Below, piece after piece: positions 17,761-27,386 of a stretch of DNA of 64,000 nt. Each line of letters starts with the position of its first letter. The stretch's first letter is position 1. The stretch comes from a virus. Taxonomy: Duplodnaviria > Heunggongvirae > Uroviricota > Caudoviricetes. The notes beneath the pieces are model-generated. The model saw only the letters and a program-made list of their open reading frames with translations, did no database searches and had not been told where the DNA came from. The stretch lies in IMG/VR virus record IMGVR_UViG_3300002026_000057; one strand, written 5' to 3'. A program made the position numbers and the translations under genes.

Positions 17761-18286
17761 TGGTAATGTCTACAAGACGGACAGCTTGACGGGATTCAAT
17801 TTGGGCTAATGGTAAGTTTCCCTTGGATTCAGCCGCGGCCTTACGATCAAGACAAACCTGAAGTTCTCTTTTCTTTTCCTTAATTTTATCTTTGAATTTA
17901 AGACGAACACCATTAAGTTTACCCATCTTATCTTCGACATTAGTAATCCTTCGGTACATTTGTTTAATTGTATCCTCAAGGATTGCAATTGGGTTCATTT
18001 TAACCACAGCCCCCATAAGAGACCTAATGGCCATCATATATAATGTCCCGGCGAGTAAACGTGCGTTCTTATCAAAAACCACGTACAGAATTGCCGCAAT
18101 AACGAGACAAAGTGCAATTATTCCCAGAAGACTTGTGAGAGCCGATTGTACGAGAATTAAAATAGGTTGAAAGAATGCGAGAAGGGCAACAACACCAATG
18201 GCAAGAACAACCATTCCAAGTGTTCCACCTTTTTGATCAAAGACACCTTTGGCCTTATCTCCGTAATTTGCTAATGAATTTTCCAT
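17738..18286 (-). CDS. membrane protein with C-terminal coiled coil (182 aa)
   Basis: Two or three TM helices followed by a charged helical region. Confidence 0.5.
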   Translation of the reverse strand: MENSLANYGDKAKGVFDQKGGTLGMVVLAIGVVALLAFFQPILILVQSALTSLLGIIALCLVIAAILYVVFDKNARLLAGTLYMMAIRSLMGAVVKMNPIAILEDTIKQMYRRITNVEDKMGKLNGVRLKFKDKIKEKKRELQVCLDRKAAAESKGNLPLAQIESRQAVRLVDITNEYISGR

Positions 18287-18293
18287 TTTTTAA

Positions 18294-18941
18294 TTATTGA
18301 ATAAAATTGTTTATTTTCTGTTTATCTCCCAACATTTCATTGATGATAACATCAGCGGAAGCCTGGAAGTTGGCTTCTTGGGCTCGGAGTTTCATTTCTT
18401 CAGCTCCAGCCTCTTGTTGTAAGGTCAGGATCTTAGTGTTAAGTTCCGTCATTCTTTTGGTGAGAGACTCTAACTCTTGTTTAGCTGAATCCACCTCAAC
18501 CATTTTGTTTTGAACTTTGGATTGAAACTGTGAGTTCATCTCTTTATCGAAACTTTTCTTTTCTTCTTGAATAAGTCCGATATATTTGTCGAGAGAGGTG
18601 ATAAGAATTGTTTTTGTACACCCCTGAAGTCCAAGGACAGCATAAACGGTTTGAAATTTCTGTTGATCAGTCATAGCCATTGATTTCATATTCTCAATAG
18701 CTTGTTTGAACTCGAAGTAGTCTTGTCCAGGTTGATTATTCTCTTCAAGAACTGCGGTCAACACGTCAACAAATTTGTTGTCAACAATACCCTGTACTGT
18801 TTGTGTTGATGTAAAGCTCTGAACAGGTTCACCGGGAACTTTAGCATTCTTAGAAACCAAAGACATTTTTCCTTGGTCATCTGAATTTGGTGCTCCATCT
18901 TCCTTGAAGATAAGCCCCTTTAAAAATCCTGATTTGCTCAT
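18294..18941 (-). CDS. coiled-coil protein (215 aa)
   Basis: Long heptad-like Q/E/K-rich C-terminal half. Confidence 0.5.
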   Translation of the reverse strand: MSKSGFLKGLIFKEDGAPNSDDQGKMSLVSKNAKVPGEPVQSFTSTQTVQGIVDNKFVDVLTAVLEENNQPGQDYFEFKQAIENMKSMAMTDQQKFQTVYAVLGLQGCTKTILITSLDKYIGLIQEEKKSFDKEMNSQFQSKVQNKMVEVDSAKQELESLTKRMTELNTKILTLQQEAGAEEMKLRAQEANFQASADVIINEMLGDKQKINNFIQ

Positions 18942-19016
18942 AGAAGTTTGTTAAATTAATAAAAATATGGATACAAAAATAAAACGAAAAAATGAAACCG
19001 CCAAATTTTTTTGGAT

Positions 19017-19394
19017 TTATTTTTCATTTTTTTCATCTAAAGGTTCAAATTCTTGTTTCAGTTTGAGATAATTCTCTCGACGACGTTCTTTAAGGTTTTC
19101 AAGAAATAGACGAGATCTTTCAATTCTTTCCTCGTATTCCTCATCGGTTTCTAAACGTGGGCGACGGATAATAACTTCCGTAAAAGGATCCCATGAATTA
19201 TTTTCAGAGTAATGTCCCGAATCTGAATGATATACCAGAATGTCTGTTGGTTGTAAATCAGTGGGTAAATCGCCAAATAGAATGTCACGATTTTCACCCC
19301 CATAATTTTTAGTGAAGATTGTATCATAAACCATTTTTTTAGGCTTACTCATATCTACTTGGTCTTCAAATATAAATCTTTGATATTTTTTCAT
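19017..19394 (-). CDS. hypothetical protein (125 aa)
   Basis: ORF. Confidence 0.45.
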   Translation of the reverse strand: MKKYQRFIFEDQVDMSKPKKMVYDTIFTKNYGGENRDILFGDLPTDLQPTDILVYHSDSGHYSENNSWDPFTEVIIRRPRLETDEEYEERIERSRLFLENLKERRRENYLKLKQEFEPLDEKNEK

Positions 19395-19431
19395 ACCACA
19401 AAGATATGTAACTTTTTAATTAATTCCAAAT

Positions 19432-19460
19432 AAAAAATGGGAAATTTTAATTTCCCATTT
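19432..19460. terminator. hairpin TGGGAAATT-TTAA-TTTCCCA with A/T flanks
   Basis: Stem-loop with A6 upstream and T3 downstream. Confidence 0.45.
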
Positions 19461-19490
19461 AATTTTAATGATTTTATATAGATGACCGCC

Positions 19491-19946
19491 TTATTCTGAA
19501 ATAAAATCCTCTATTTTATATCGTCCAGACTTTATTTCTTTTTCTAACATTCGACCTCTAGACCATCTAAGTAAATGTTCTAATGAATAGATATCAATGT
19601 TTTCTTGGGCTAGTTTTACCATTTCACCAAAGACCTCATATCCACGACCCATCTCATCATCAGATTTGAATTTATATCGACTTTGTCCGAACAATTCATA
19701 ATGGTGATACCCAACAGAATCGTCGCCATTAATTTCATTTTCATAATCATACAACCAACGCTCACCCTCACCATCTCCAAAACAAGGATCGTTATCATTG
19801 AAATCAATTAGGTATTCACTTGGGTTTTCATACTCGTCAATTCTTTTCCCAGTAAAATCACAAATAGCGTGATCAAAGACTTTATGAGTTCCAATCTTTT
19901 TACCAGTATTATGGTCAAATAGATCTGCTGTTTTATATACAAACAT
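19491..19946 (-). CDS. hypothetical protein (151 aa)
   Basis: ORF. Confidence 0.45.
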   Translation of the reverse strand: MFVYKTADLFDHNTGKKIGTHKVFDHAICDFTGKRIDEYENPSEYLIDFNDNDPCFGDGEGERWLYDYENEINGDDSVGYHHYELFGQSRYKFKSDDEMGRGYEVFGEMVKLAQENIDIYSLEHLLRWSRGRMLEKEIKSGRYKIEDFISE

Positions 19947-20212
19947 TATCGTGAATTTTTTAATTCTTCTGCTCTTTTCTTTAGGGCGTTATATGTGACA
20001 TCTTTTCCACCACAAACTAATTCAGGTTCTTTAGACATTTTTTTATTGATGATTTTAAAATCAACATCTGTTTTATTTTTTTCAATAAAACTGTGCTGTC
20101 CCCACACATCATCAAAATAATAATTCTCACTATCTTCACTTTTAATGTTTGCAGTGAACCCAATATCCCAACCAATAGTATCGGTTATAAATTTAATCTT
20201 TGTTTTCATCAT
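19946..20212 (-). CDS. hypothetical protein (88 aa)
   Basis: ORF. ATGA overlap with the previous gene. Confidence 0.4.
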   Translation of the reverse strand: MMKTKIKFITDTIGWDIGFTANIKSEDSENYYFDDVWGQHSFIEKNKTDVDFKIINKKMSKEPELVCGGKDVTYNALKKRAEELKNSR

Positions 20213-20356
20213 ATTTGATGGTTAAATCTTCATTAATTTTATCAACGGTTTTATTGATTTCCAATTTTGTCTCATCAATTAATTCCATAAGGGTTTTTAT
20301 TTTGGTGAGATAATTTTTCACTCTTACATATTCTTCGTAAGTTAATGTTTTTTCCA

Positions 20357-20707
20357 TTATATTTGATTTTTTGATCTTTCGAAACCCATCTTCAACGCCT
20401 CTTCAGGTGTAGGGATTCCATTATTTTTTATTGACCCGAAAATTGGATGAGCACACATAAAAAGTTTCTCAACTCTTTTACGAGTTTCATTGTCATAATA
20501 TCCCGCAAAATATCCTAAATTTGATTTGGCGATATCTTCGGCGGTCATAATATTACCACCCGGATCTATGTTTAAATTTTTTTGAATATACCTTATATAG
20601 TCAGTAAGATATTGTTGAGCATCGTATGGATCAGTGATTTCCATGGCGGGTTTTAAAGATTCACCAATTGTTAATGTTTCTTTGTTTTCGGGATTGAATT
20701 TCGTCAT
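20357..20707 (-). CDS. hypothetical protein (116 aa)
   Basis: ORF. Confidence 0.45.
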   Translation of the reverse strand: MTKFNPENKETLTIGESLKPAMEITDPYDAQQYLTDYIRYIQKNLNIDPGGNIMTAEDIAKSNLGYFAGYYDNETRKRVEKLFMCAHPIFGSIKNNGIPTPEEALKMGFERSKNQI

Positions 20708-20889
20708 AATAAAAATCTTTTATTCGTTGAATTGGTTCCACCAGCGCATAATTCACTTCCATATGTGTTCCAAGCGGAACGATTAGATTTTCTTAAATCA
20801 TCAAGAGATTGCTCTAATTTTTCTAAGCGTTTATCCATAAACTAAAATATATGAAAAATATCTTAGATTACAAAATTTTAATAAGAAAA

Positions 20890-21147
20890 TTAATGGGTTG
20901 AAAGAACCTCAGAATTATGATATTCTTCTTTGGTTATTGTGGTAATATAATCTCTAATTATTTTGATTGGTTTGTTTGAAGGATTGTTGGGAGACCCTTC
21001 TTTGTGTTGAACCATTACTTCAGATGTACAAAAATCATATTCTGCTGTTATTTTATTTTCGTCTTCAATTACGAATCCTACACCTTCAGGGGTTCTAACA
21101 AAATCCCCCTTTGTGAAATACATAAAATGCAGAATACCTTCTCTCAT
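20890..21147 (-). CDS. hypothetical protein (85 aa)
   Basis: ORF. Confidence 0.35.
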   Translation of the reverse strand: MREGILHFMYFTKGDFVRTPEGVGFVIEDENKITAEYDFCTSEVMVQHKEGSPNNPSNKPIKIIRDYITTITKEEYHNSEVLSTH

Positions 21148-21386
21148 GTCCTATAATGGATTTGTTATTATATAAATATGATGAGTTTTTAATTAATTTG
21201 GTTTTTTTAATAACAGAATTTTTAAATTATTTGTTTTTTTGATAAACGTTACGGTTTATATCTTGAATTTTCTTCTTACGAGTATTACTACCCTTAAACC
21301 AATGTTCAACTACATAAATGTCGAGTATTATCACAATGATCGATAAACCAATTAATAAAATTACTGTGCCATATTCACTTATGAAA

Positions 21387-22196
21387 TTAACCATTGTCCA
21401 AATTATTAATTAGTTCTTTTACTTTATCGATATGTTTATGATCCATCGGTTTCCCACAAGTGTTCAATTTTATGAATGATTCATAAACTGCCCTCTTATC
21501 TGGATTTTCAAGAAATCCATAAGTGATACCGTGGCTTGTGAATGTATGCTTGTCTCTATGAGACATTTGAGAGAAATAAACACCCTTGTATGGGAATCTA
21601 TCTTCATAAAACTCACATAGAGCTGTCAATCTTTGTTTTCCATCAAGTACTTGGTAATATTTACCCGTTGTTTTTTCGTTAAGTTGAATGAAAACGAATT
21701 TCCCTATATCAATATTGTTATATATACTGTCAATGAGATCAACTTTATCATCAATACTCCATACGTGCCCACGTTGATATTCAACATCAAAGTCAACACC
21801 TGCATGGGATGCATAAACCATATGTAATAAAGATTCAACGGGAGAATTTAATAGTCTGATACGGTACTTTTCTTCTTGAGTGAATTGAGTCTCCTTATTC
21901 TTACCGTATTTATAAATTTCATGCCAAGCGTCAACATGAAACTCGTGAGATGCTGGTTTATCCCTGTCCCGTTTAACATTCATTGCTTCGCACACATAAA
22001 AAAGACCTTCTTGGCGAATTTCACGAACATATACTTCTTCAAGTGCTCCAAGGCTAACACGTTCACCAATTTCAAAACTACGGGTTGGATTCAACGGAAT
22101 CATTCCTATTTCTATTGCATGTTCCATCTCCCGTAAACTATATTGGAGATTATGTAGACTTAATTCTTCCGGTGATTTTTTAACAATCTTTTTCAT
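21387..22196 (-). CDS. DUF262-like (ParB/Srx-fold, GmrSD N-terminal-type) domain protein
   Basis: Motif LDGKQRLTAL matches the DUF262 DGQQR signature. Confidence 0.5.
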   Translation of the reverse strand: MKKIVKKSPEELSLHNLQYSLREMEHAIEIGMIPLNPTRSFEIGERVSLGALEEVYVREIRQEGLFYVCEAMNVKRDRDKPASHEFHVDAWHEIYKYGKNKETQFTQEEKYRIRLLNSPVESLLHMVYASHAGVDFDVEYQRGHVWSIDDKVDLIDSIYNNIDIGKFVFIQLNEKTTGKYYQVLDGKQRLTALCEFYEDRFPYKGVYFSQMSHRDKHTFTSHGITYGFLENPDKRAVYESFIKLNTCGKPMDHKHIDKVKELINNLDNG

Positions 22197-22291
22197 GATT
22201 TGTTGTTTTTATAATTAGACACTACAAATATAAAAGGAATAATTGAAACTGCCAAATAAAAACCCCCAGATTTCTCTGAGGGTTAGTAAAT

Positions 22292-22945
22292 TTATTCTAA
22301 ATTCCATTTAATCCCGACCATAATATAGTCTTTATATGGTGTTAATAGTGTGTAATTTGATAATCTACTTTCAATCCCCACGGCAAATCTATCAGTTATC
22401 GAATAGAATAGTTGTGGTTCAAACATAATAACAGTTGGAGATTCATTTGGATCATACAATCCAGAATTCCATAAATCACAATATCCAGTAAGTAAGAGTT
22501 TGTTCCATTCTTTTAAAAATGTAAATGTTACTTGAGATCCACTTTGAGACGTATATTGATCATATCGATATAAAATATCCATTGATAAACCCCAACCATT
22601 TATCTCTGTTGCCTTTTGAAATCCTAGTAGATATACTGGATCAATTCGAAATGCATCTGTACCATCAGAGTATATTCCCACATTATACTGTACAGTCCCG
22701 GAGATACCATTTTTGGTAATATTCCAATACTTGGAGACCTCAGTATATGATTCATAGTACCCATTAAAATCCATCTTAAAATCGGTGAAATAATAAAATG
22801 CACCATGTTCCAATGGTTTATAAATTTCCGATGTGATGAAGTTTACAGGTTTACCATTTCCATAACCATATAAGAATTGGAAATTCTGTCCTTGGACCAT
22901 TCCAAAGACACAGAAAAATAATACTATTGTAATTAGTTTTTTCAT
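22292..22945 (-). CDS. secreted protein with signal peptide, possibly an outer-membrane beta-barrel
   Basis: Signal peptide MKKLITIVLFFCVFGMVQGQ. Alternating aromatic/hydrophilic beta-strand-like pattern. Confidence 0.45.
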   Translation of the reverse strand: MKKLITIVLFFCVFGMVQGQNFQFLYGYGNGKPVNFITSEIYKPLEHGAFYYFTDFKMDFNGYYESYTEVSKYWNITKNGISGTVQYNVGIYSDGTDAFRIDPVYLLGFQKATEINGWGLSMDILYRYDQYTSQSGSQVTFTFLKEWNKLLLTGYCDLWNSGLYDPNESPTVIMFEPQLFYSITDRFAVGIESRLSNYTLLTPYKDYIMVGIKWNLE

Positions 22946-22955
22946 TTTATTACAT

Positions 22956-23360
22956 TTATTGTTTAAGATATAATTTTACAGATGGGTGATAATTAAGAAG
23001 GTGAAATTCTTCTTGTAATTCTTTTTTGGTAAAAAAATTGTAATTCCTAACAAGTGACGTGAAAATTTTAATTTCTCTACCAACGAAATAGTTTTCTGGG
23101 TATCCAGCTTGTCCCTTAAACTCTTCACTACCCATTCTATCTGAATAGAGGCTACCAAAAGTTCGTCCCTTATGCGTTTTTCTCTGATTAAGAACTCTAC
23201 CAGTTGCCATTGTTCGACCTTTTACTTTATTGAAGTTATCTAGATTTGAACATATAGCGATACCAAGATGAAGATCATCATCTTTAATGACGCCGGCAAT
23301 GGTGAATCTTGTACCATCAACACTTTTTCCATGAAAATACATTACATCAATTTCTTCCAT
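22956..23360 (-). CDS. hypothetical protein (134 aa)
   Basis: ORF. Confidence 0.45.
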   Translation of the reverse strand: MEEIDVMYFHGKSVDGTRFTIAGVIKDDDLHLGIAICSNLDNFNKVKGRTMATGRVLNQRKTHKGRTFGSLYSDRMGSEEFKGQAGYPENYFVGREIKIFTSLVRNYNFFTKKELQEEFHLLNYHPSVKLYLKQ

Positions 23361-23564
23361 AATTTTTAAATTTATTTAAAGTTATACTCAATGAAATCCA
23401 CATCACCATCAGTGTTGTGGACAATTATTTTTCCTTTGAAATGGGTTGCCGCGTAGTGAAACGCAAGGTCTCTATGTTTAAAGTTTTTAACAGACCTATA
23501 TTTTCTATCTTTAAGAATTTTCCATTTCCCTCGGCTCGATATTATATTAATGTCTACAACCATA

Positions 23565-23936
23565 TCATCCAAAACCCCCATATGTTACATTTTCATCTAC
23601 TTTCTCTCCACACAATACACAATAATAGACTGTCCTATGCTCAGATCGATCTAAGTAACCACCTGGATAATTAAATTCTTCAGTTCTTGTTTTCTCGTGG
23701 GTACAATATTTGTTTAATTCAAGAGTAGTTTCAATGATTTTTTTTTCAATTCTATCCCTCGATTCTTTGAGACCGGATAATTTAATGGATAACATCAACG
23801 CCTGTTTGTTTTTAAACTCCTCTTCTTTAAGAAGCATTTCTTTTTGTTTTTGAAATTCCTCTATTTCTTTTTGTTTTTCTTCGATTTTCCTTGTTATGTG
23901 GGATAAATCGAATACGTCGTTACATCGCTGTACCAT
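23565..23936 (-). CDS. coiled-coil protein with C-terminal zinc knuckle (123 aa)
   Basis: KEIEEFQKQKEMLLKEEEFKNKQ coiled coil. Cys cluster YYCVLCGEK. Confidence 0.4.
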   Translation of the reverse strand: MVQRCNDVFDLSHITRKIEEKQKEIEEFQKQKEMLLKEEEFKNKQALMLSIKLSGLKESRDRIEKKIIETTLELNKYCTHEKTRTEEFNYPGGYLDRSEHRTVYYCVLCGEKVDENVTYGGFG

Positions 23937-23939
23937 ATA

Positions 23940-24323
23940 TCAATTTATAAATGTATCCTTTAACTCATTATCTCCTGGTTTCCATTCAGGGTTATCAGCT
24001 TTCCAGTTATCCCCTTTTAATATCCAAGTATATTCAATCTCATCAAATGAATCATTATACTCGTAAACTTCAAAGAACCGGCAATCATCAGGATCTAGAC
24101 TGAATAGATTTACAATCTCAGACGCTAATTGTTCTGATGCATTGGTGACTGAAGTGCCTTTGCCTATATCAATAAAACAAATATATGTTTCACCGTCATC
24201 ATTAAACATTTTTACGACGCACTCGGATGGAACTCTTCCATATCCTAAGTACTTATGATTGAATTCTTGTGTCATTGTTTTTAGTTTAATAACAAAATAT
24301 AAGGAAAAAGAATAAGAATACAA
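23940..24323 (-). CDS. hypothetical protein (127 aa)
   Basis: ORF. Confidence 0.45.
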   Translation of the reverse strand: MYSYSFSLYFVIKLKTMTQEFNHKYLGYGRVPSECVVKMFNDDGETYICFIDIGKGTSVTNASEQLASEIVNLFSLDPDDCRFFEVYEYNDSFDEIEYTWILKGDNWKADNPEWKPGDNELKDTFIN

Positions 24324-24352
24324 AAAAAAATAAAGAATATATTTATAGATAT

Positions 24353-25114
24353 ATGATTTTTAATATAATAAAATACTTTAGGGAATACCTTCCAAAATCA
24401 AAAAAGATGAACTTCTCAGACTTAAAACCAATAGATCTAAAGAAAATAAACCTTATTGATTTTCCTTCAGATCAATATTTTAACGAATCATTTGAAAAAA
24501 CTCAAATAATCCTTCATCACACAGTATCAGGTCCCGAAGCTAGGGGTGATATCCAAACTTGGATCCAGGATAAAAGAAGAATTGCAACATGTATAATTGT
24601 TGATGGATATGGTGTGCCTAATCAATTGTTTTCATCAAAATTATGGGCTGGACATACTGGAGTATCATCGAAACTAGATCAACACTCTATTGGGGTTGAA
24701 ATTGATAATTGGGGTGGATTAATTTTAGGCGATGGTGATACCTATCAGTTTGGAAAGAACCCAGACGGTACTCCAAAATTGGTTAAAACAATTAATGGTA
24801 AATTATACGCCGCATATGGAAATGTTGTTGAAGTTGAGACCCAATTCTATTCTGATGGATGGAGGGGTTATAAGTATTTTCAAAAATATAACGAATCTCA
24901 GCTTAGAACTGTTGGTGAACTTCTTCTATTATGGAGAGATAGGTACCAGATTCCCCTGACATATAATACCGATATGTGGGATGTTTCACAAAGAGCATTA
25001 TCAGGAGAACCTGGTGTTTGGACTCACGTTTCATATCGTCCATATCCTCAAAAATTCGATTGTCATCCCCAACCTGAATTGATTCAGATGTTAAAAACTG
25101 TACAAACCCTGTAA
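24353..25114 (+). CDS. N-acetylmuramoyl-L-alanine amidase (amidase_2/PGRP-type endolysin)
   Basis: ILHHTVSGPEARGDIQTWIQD...AGHTG...NQHSIGVEIDNWG is typical of amidase_2 / T7-lysozyme-like zinc amidases. Confidence 0.7.
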   Translation: MIFNIIKYFREYLPKSKKMNFSDLKPIDLKKINLIDFPSDQYFNESFEKTQIILHHTVSGPEARGDIQTWIQDKRRIATCIIVDGYGVPNQLFSSKLWAGHTGVSSKLDQHSIGVEIDNWGGLILGDGDTYQFGKNPDGTPKLVKTINGKLYAAYGNVVEVETQFYSDGWRGYKYFQKYNESQLRTVGELLLLWRDRYQIPLTYNTDMWDVSQRALSGEPGVWTHVSYRPYPQKFDCHPQPELIQMLKTVQTL

Positions 25115-25115
25115 T

Positions 25116-25598
25116 CTACATCAATGGGTGAATATCTTGCTCTTTCACAGTACGTTCACGCCTCCAAATAGATGTTTCTTCTTTAATTGACTGTACTAAT
25201 TCATCTCCACCTCTGATTGCGTGGATTTCAAAAATTGGGGTAAACGGATCGGATGTAACTAAAATAACATTAGATAACCCAAAAATACGTAAAAAGAACG
25301 GTTCGTGATGTCTCACGGATTTAATTCTGTAATAATGAATCTCTCTGGTAACAACTGAGAATACTCCTTTTCTTTCAGAAATGGTCTTTTCACGAAAACG
25401 AAATGACCAACAAGTAATAATTAACCAATTAGAGAACCATATTATCCCGGAAATAACCCCAAAGAAATACATTTGGTGGTAGATGCCGATTGTTATGGAA
25501 ATTAGAAATAAAAGTAACCACCATATGTTTACAAGTTGAGATGGTTTCATAACAAATATGAGGTCGTCGGTGTCAGTTTCAATAATTTTCTTTACCAT
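25116..25598 (-). CDS. membrane protein with bacterial PH (bPH_2/YdbT-like) domain
   Basis: Two TM helices followed by a membrane-flanked domain. Confidence 0.45.
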   Translation of the reverse strand: MVKKIIETDTDDLIFVMKPSQLVNIWWLLLFLISITIGIYHQMYFFGVISGIIWFSNWLIITCWSFRFREKTISERKGVFSVVTREIHYYRIKSVRHHEPFFLRIFGLSNVILVTSDPFTPIFEIHAIRGGDELVQSIKEETSIWRRERTVKEQDIHPLM

Positions 25599-25684
25599 TT
25601 TATTTGTTTTTAGTTATTAGACACATCAAAGATATATCGAATAATTGAAACCACCAAACATTTTGACGTAAATATTTTAAAAAA

Positions 25685-26158
25685 ATGAGATATCATAAGG
25701 GGTTGCGTATTTATATAGAAAGAAACAACACCATGAAATTAAAACACATTTTACTCGGATTAATGATGCTTTTAATACCATATAACATCATAGCTCAGCT
25801 TGATACATCTAGTATTTATGACCTTAAAATAAAAAGTAATAAGGTTCAAGTATATGAAAAACGAGATGGGGGTATTGAGGTTGGTAAAAACTTACGTCTT
25901 CCTGAAACATATTTCTTTTTTACTCGCAACGGGATATACGGGGCAGATATATATGGAATTCTAAAGTATGAGTTTAGATCACCAGTAACCTTCACCGAAG
26001 AATATCAATTTAATAGATTTACAATTAGAGGTTTTGATTTGGATTTTAAAAATGAATGCACAATAATGATATTCGATTATTATGTAAAAAACAAGATTAA
26101 AATTTTCTTTATGTACGAAAAACGTCAGTATGTCTTTGATTGTGTTTTAGTTAACTAA
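25685..26158 (+). CDS. secreted protein (signal peptide MKLKHILLGLMMLLIPYNIIAQ; likely start at 25733)
   Basis: Internal Met followed by a classic signal peptide. Tyr/Phe-rich. Confidence 0.45.
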   Translation: MRYHKGLRIYIERNNTMKLKHILLGLMMLLIPYNIIAQLDTSSIYDLKIKSNKVQVYEKRDGGIEVGKNLRLPETYFFFTRNGIYGADIYGILKYEFRSPVTFTEEYQFNRFTIRGFDLDFKNECTIMIFDYYVKNKIKIFFMYEKRQYVFDCVLVN

Positions 26159-26344
26159 CTAAAATAATCATCAAATGGTGACCAAGAAGCTATGGACCAT
26201 TCGATAGATAAACTTTTTCTTTCTTTCTTCTTTTTCTTTCTGGGAAGATTTTTTGATTCTTCCCATTTTTTTAATATTCTCTCTTTCCATTCATTATTAT
26301 GAACTTCCATCATACTGCCCATTCCAATGGCCATAATTGCGTAT

Positions 26345-26689
26345 TTATTTATGCTGTTCATAATATTTCTGAATTAGAGAATTAAGTTTTTCTTCATCTG
26401 AAATCTTAACAACCTGAGCCCAATACTTTGGCATCTTTTTCAACACATATGACATTTGTTTTGGAGTTAGATAACGTTTCTTTTGAAGTTGTAGAGCCAA
26501 AGATGATAGAAATTCACCATCAGTGCCATTAAACCCAACTCCATTATGAAAGAGAGTATCTTTGGATTCTTGTTCCTCAAGAGTTTGAAACTCAAAAATT
26601 TTAAGAAGGGCTTGTTGTGCCCATATTGGATCAGTTGACAGTTTTGCCTTAACGAAATCTCTGATTTGAACTTTTGTTATTTTGCTCAT
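26345..26689 (-). CDS. hypothetical protein (114 aa)
   Basis: ORF. Confidence 0.45.
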   Translation of the reverse strand: MSKITKVQIRDFVKAKLSTDPIWAQQALLKIFEFQTLEEQESKDTLFHNGVGFNGTDGEFLSSLALQLQKKRYLTPKQMSYVLKKMPKYWAQVVKISDEEKLNSLIQKYYEQHK

Positions 26690-26745
26690 CTTTATTTCTT
26701 TTATGAGACAAAGATAAAAACAATTTTTAAAATATCCTAATTTTT

Positions 26746-26991
26746 TTACCTTTTTTTACCTTCCCATGATCGAGGCTCATCATTTTCTTCTCTCTCATCA
26801 TCGAGTATGTCACGAAACAATTCTTCTTCGGAGATATCCTCAACATCAAGATCCATAAATTCAATTTGATCGATTTGATCGATTTGATTCATCATTTTAA
26901 GATAATATTCAATATCTTCTTTCTGCCGTCTTTGAAGATATTCTTCGTCGTCTTCAAGCTCTTCGTGGTAATAATCACTTGTTTTACTCAT
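26746..26991 (-). CDS. highly acidic small protein (81 aa) with QIDQIDQI repeat
   Basis: Asp/Glu-rich. Contains an in-frame GATTTGATC x3 tandem repeat. Confidence 0.4.
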   Translation of the reverse strand: MSKTSDYYHEELEDDEEYLQRRQKEDIEYYLKMMNQIDQIDQIEFMDLDVEDISEEELFRDILDDEREENDEPRSWEGKKR

Positions 26992-26999
26992 AAATAAAG

Positions 27000-27386
27000 T
27001 TTTTAATAAAATAATTTTTAAATAAAAACTGAGTCACTTAGCGGTGAAGTGTATAGATACAGACAAGATCCACGTCTATGTCAAAGACCTCCCCATACAA
27101 CAAAGACAAAGGCAAAATCTAAGTCTTGTTTTCGCCAGCTAATTGTTCACCACCCTTCTTGGTGGGATAACTTATCTGACTGTTGTGGTGTTTTCTATAA
27201 AACCCACAAAAACTTAAATTTCGTATGAGGAGCGATATAACCATAAAGCTGTTTTCGCAGTGCAGGACTGCAAACACAATTTCATTGCGTTAGATTTTTA
27301 GTCTATATGTAAAAGAACTCCACCACTAAGCACAAAGAAAGATAGAATCGGCTTGTGCTTCGTCTACCTTTCACCTTAGTTTATAA
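27000..27386. ncRNA. candidate structured non-coding RNA: ~390-bp ORF-free, GC-richer island between two minus-strand genes
   Basis: No ORF >=60 aa on either strand. GC is visibly above the surrounding ~30%. Multiple local hairpins. Unique in an otherwise tightly packed region. Confidence 0.3.

Noticed and set aside
26870-26900. Tandem repeat GATTTGATC x3
   Set aside because: Lies in-frame inside the acidic protein 26746..26991 and encodes an IDQIDQI repeat. It is a coding-sequence repeat, not a regulatory element.
27315-27335. CTCCACCA motif suggesting a tmRNA 3' end inside the ORF-free island
   Set aside because: No adjacent T-arm (GGTTCGAxTCC) or tag-peptide reading frame, so the motif alone is insufficient.
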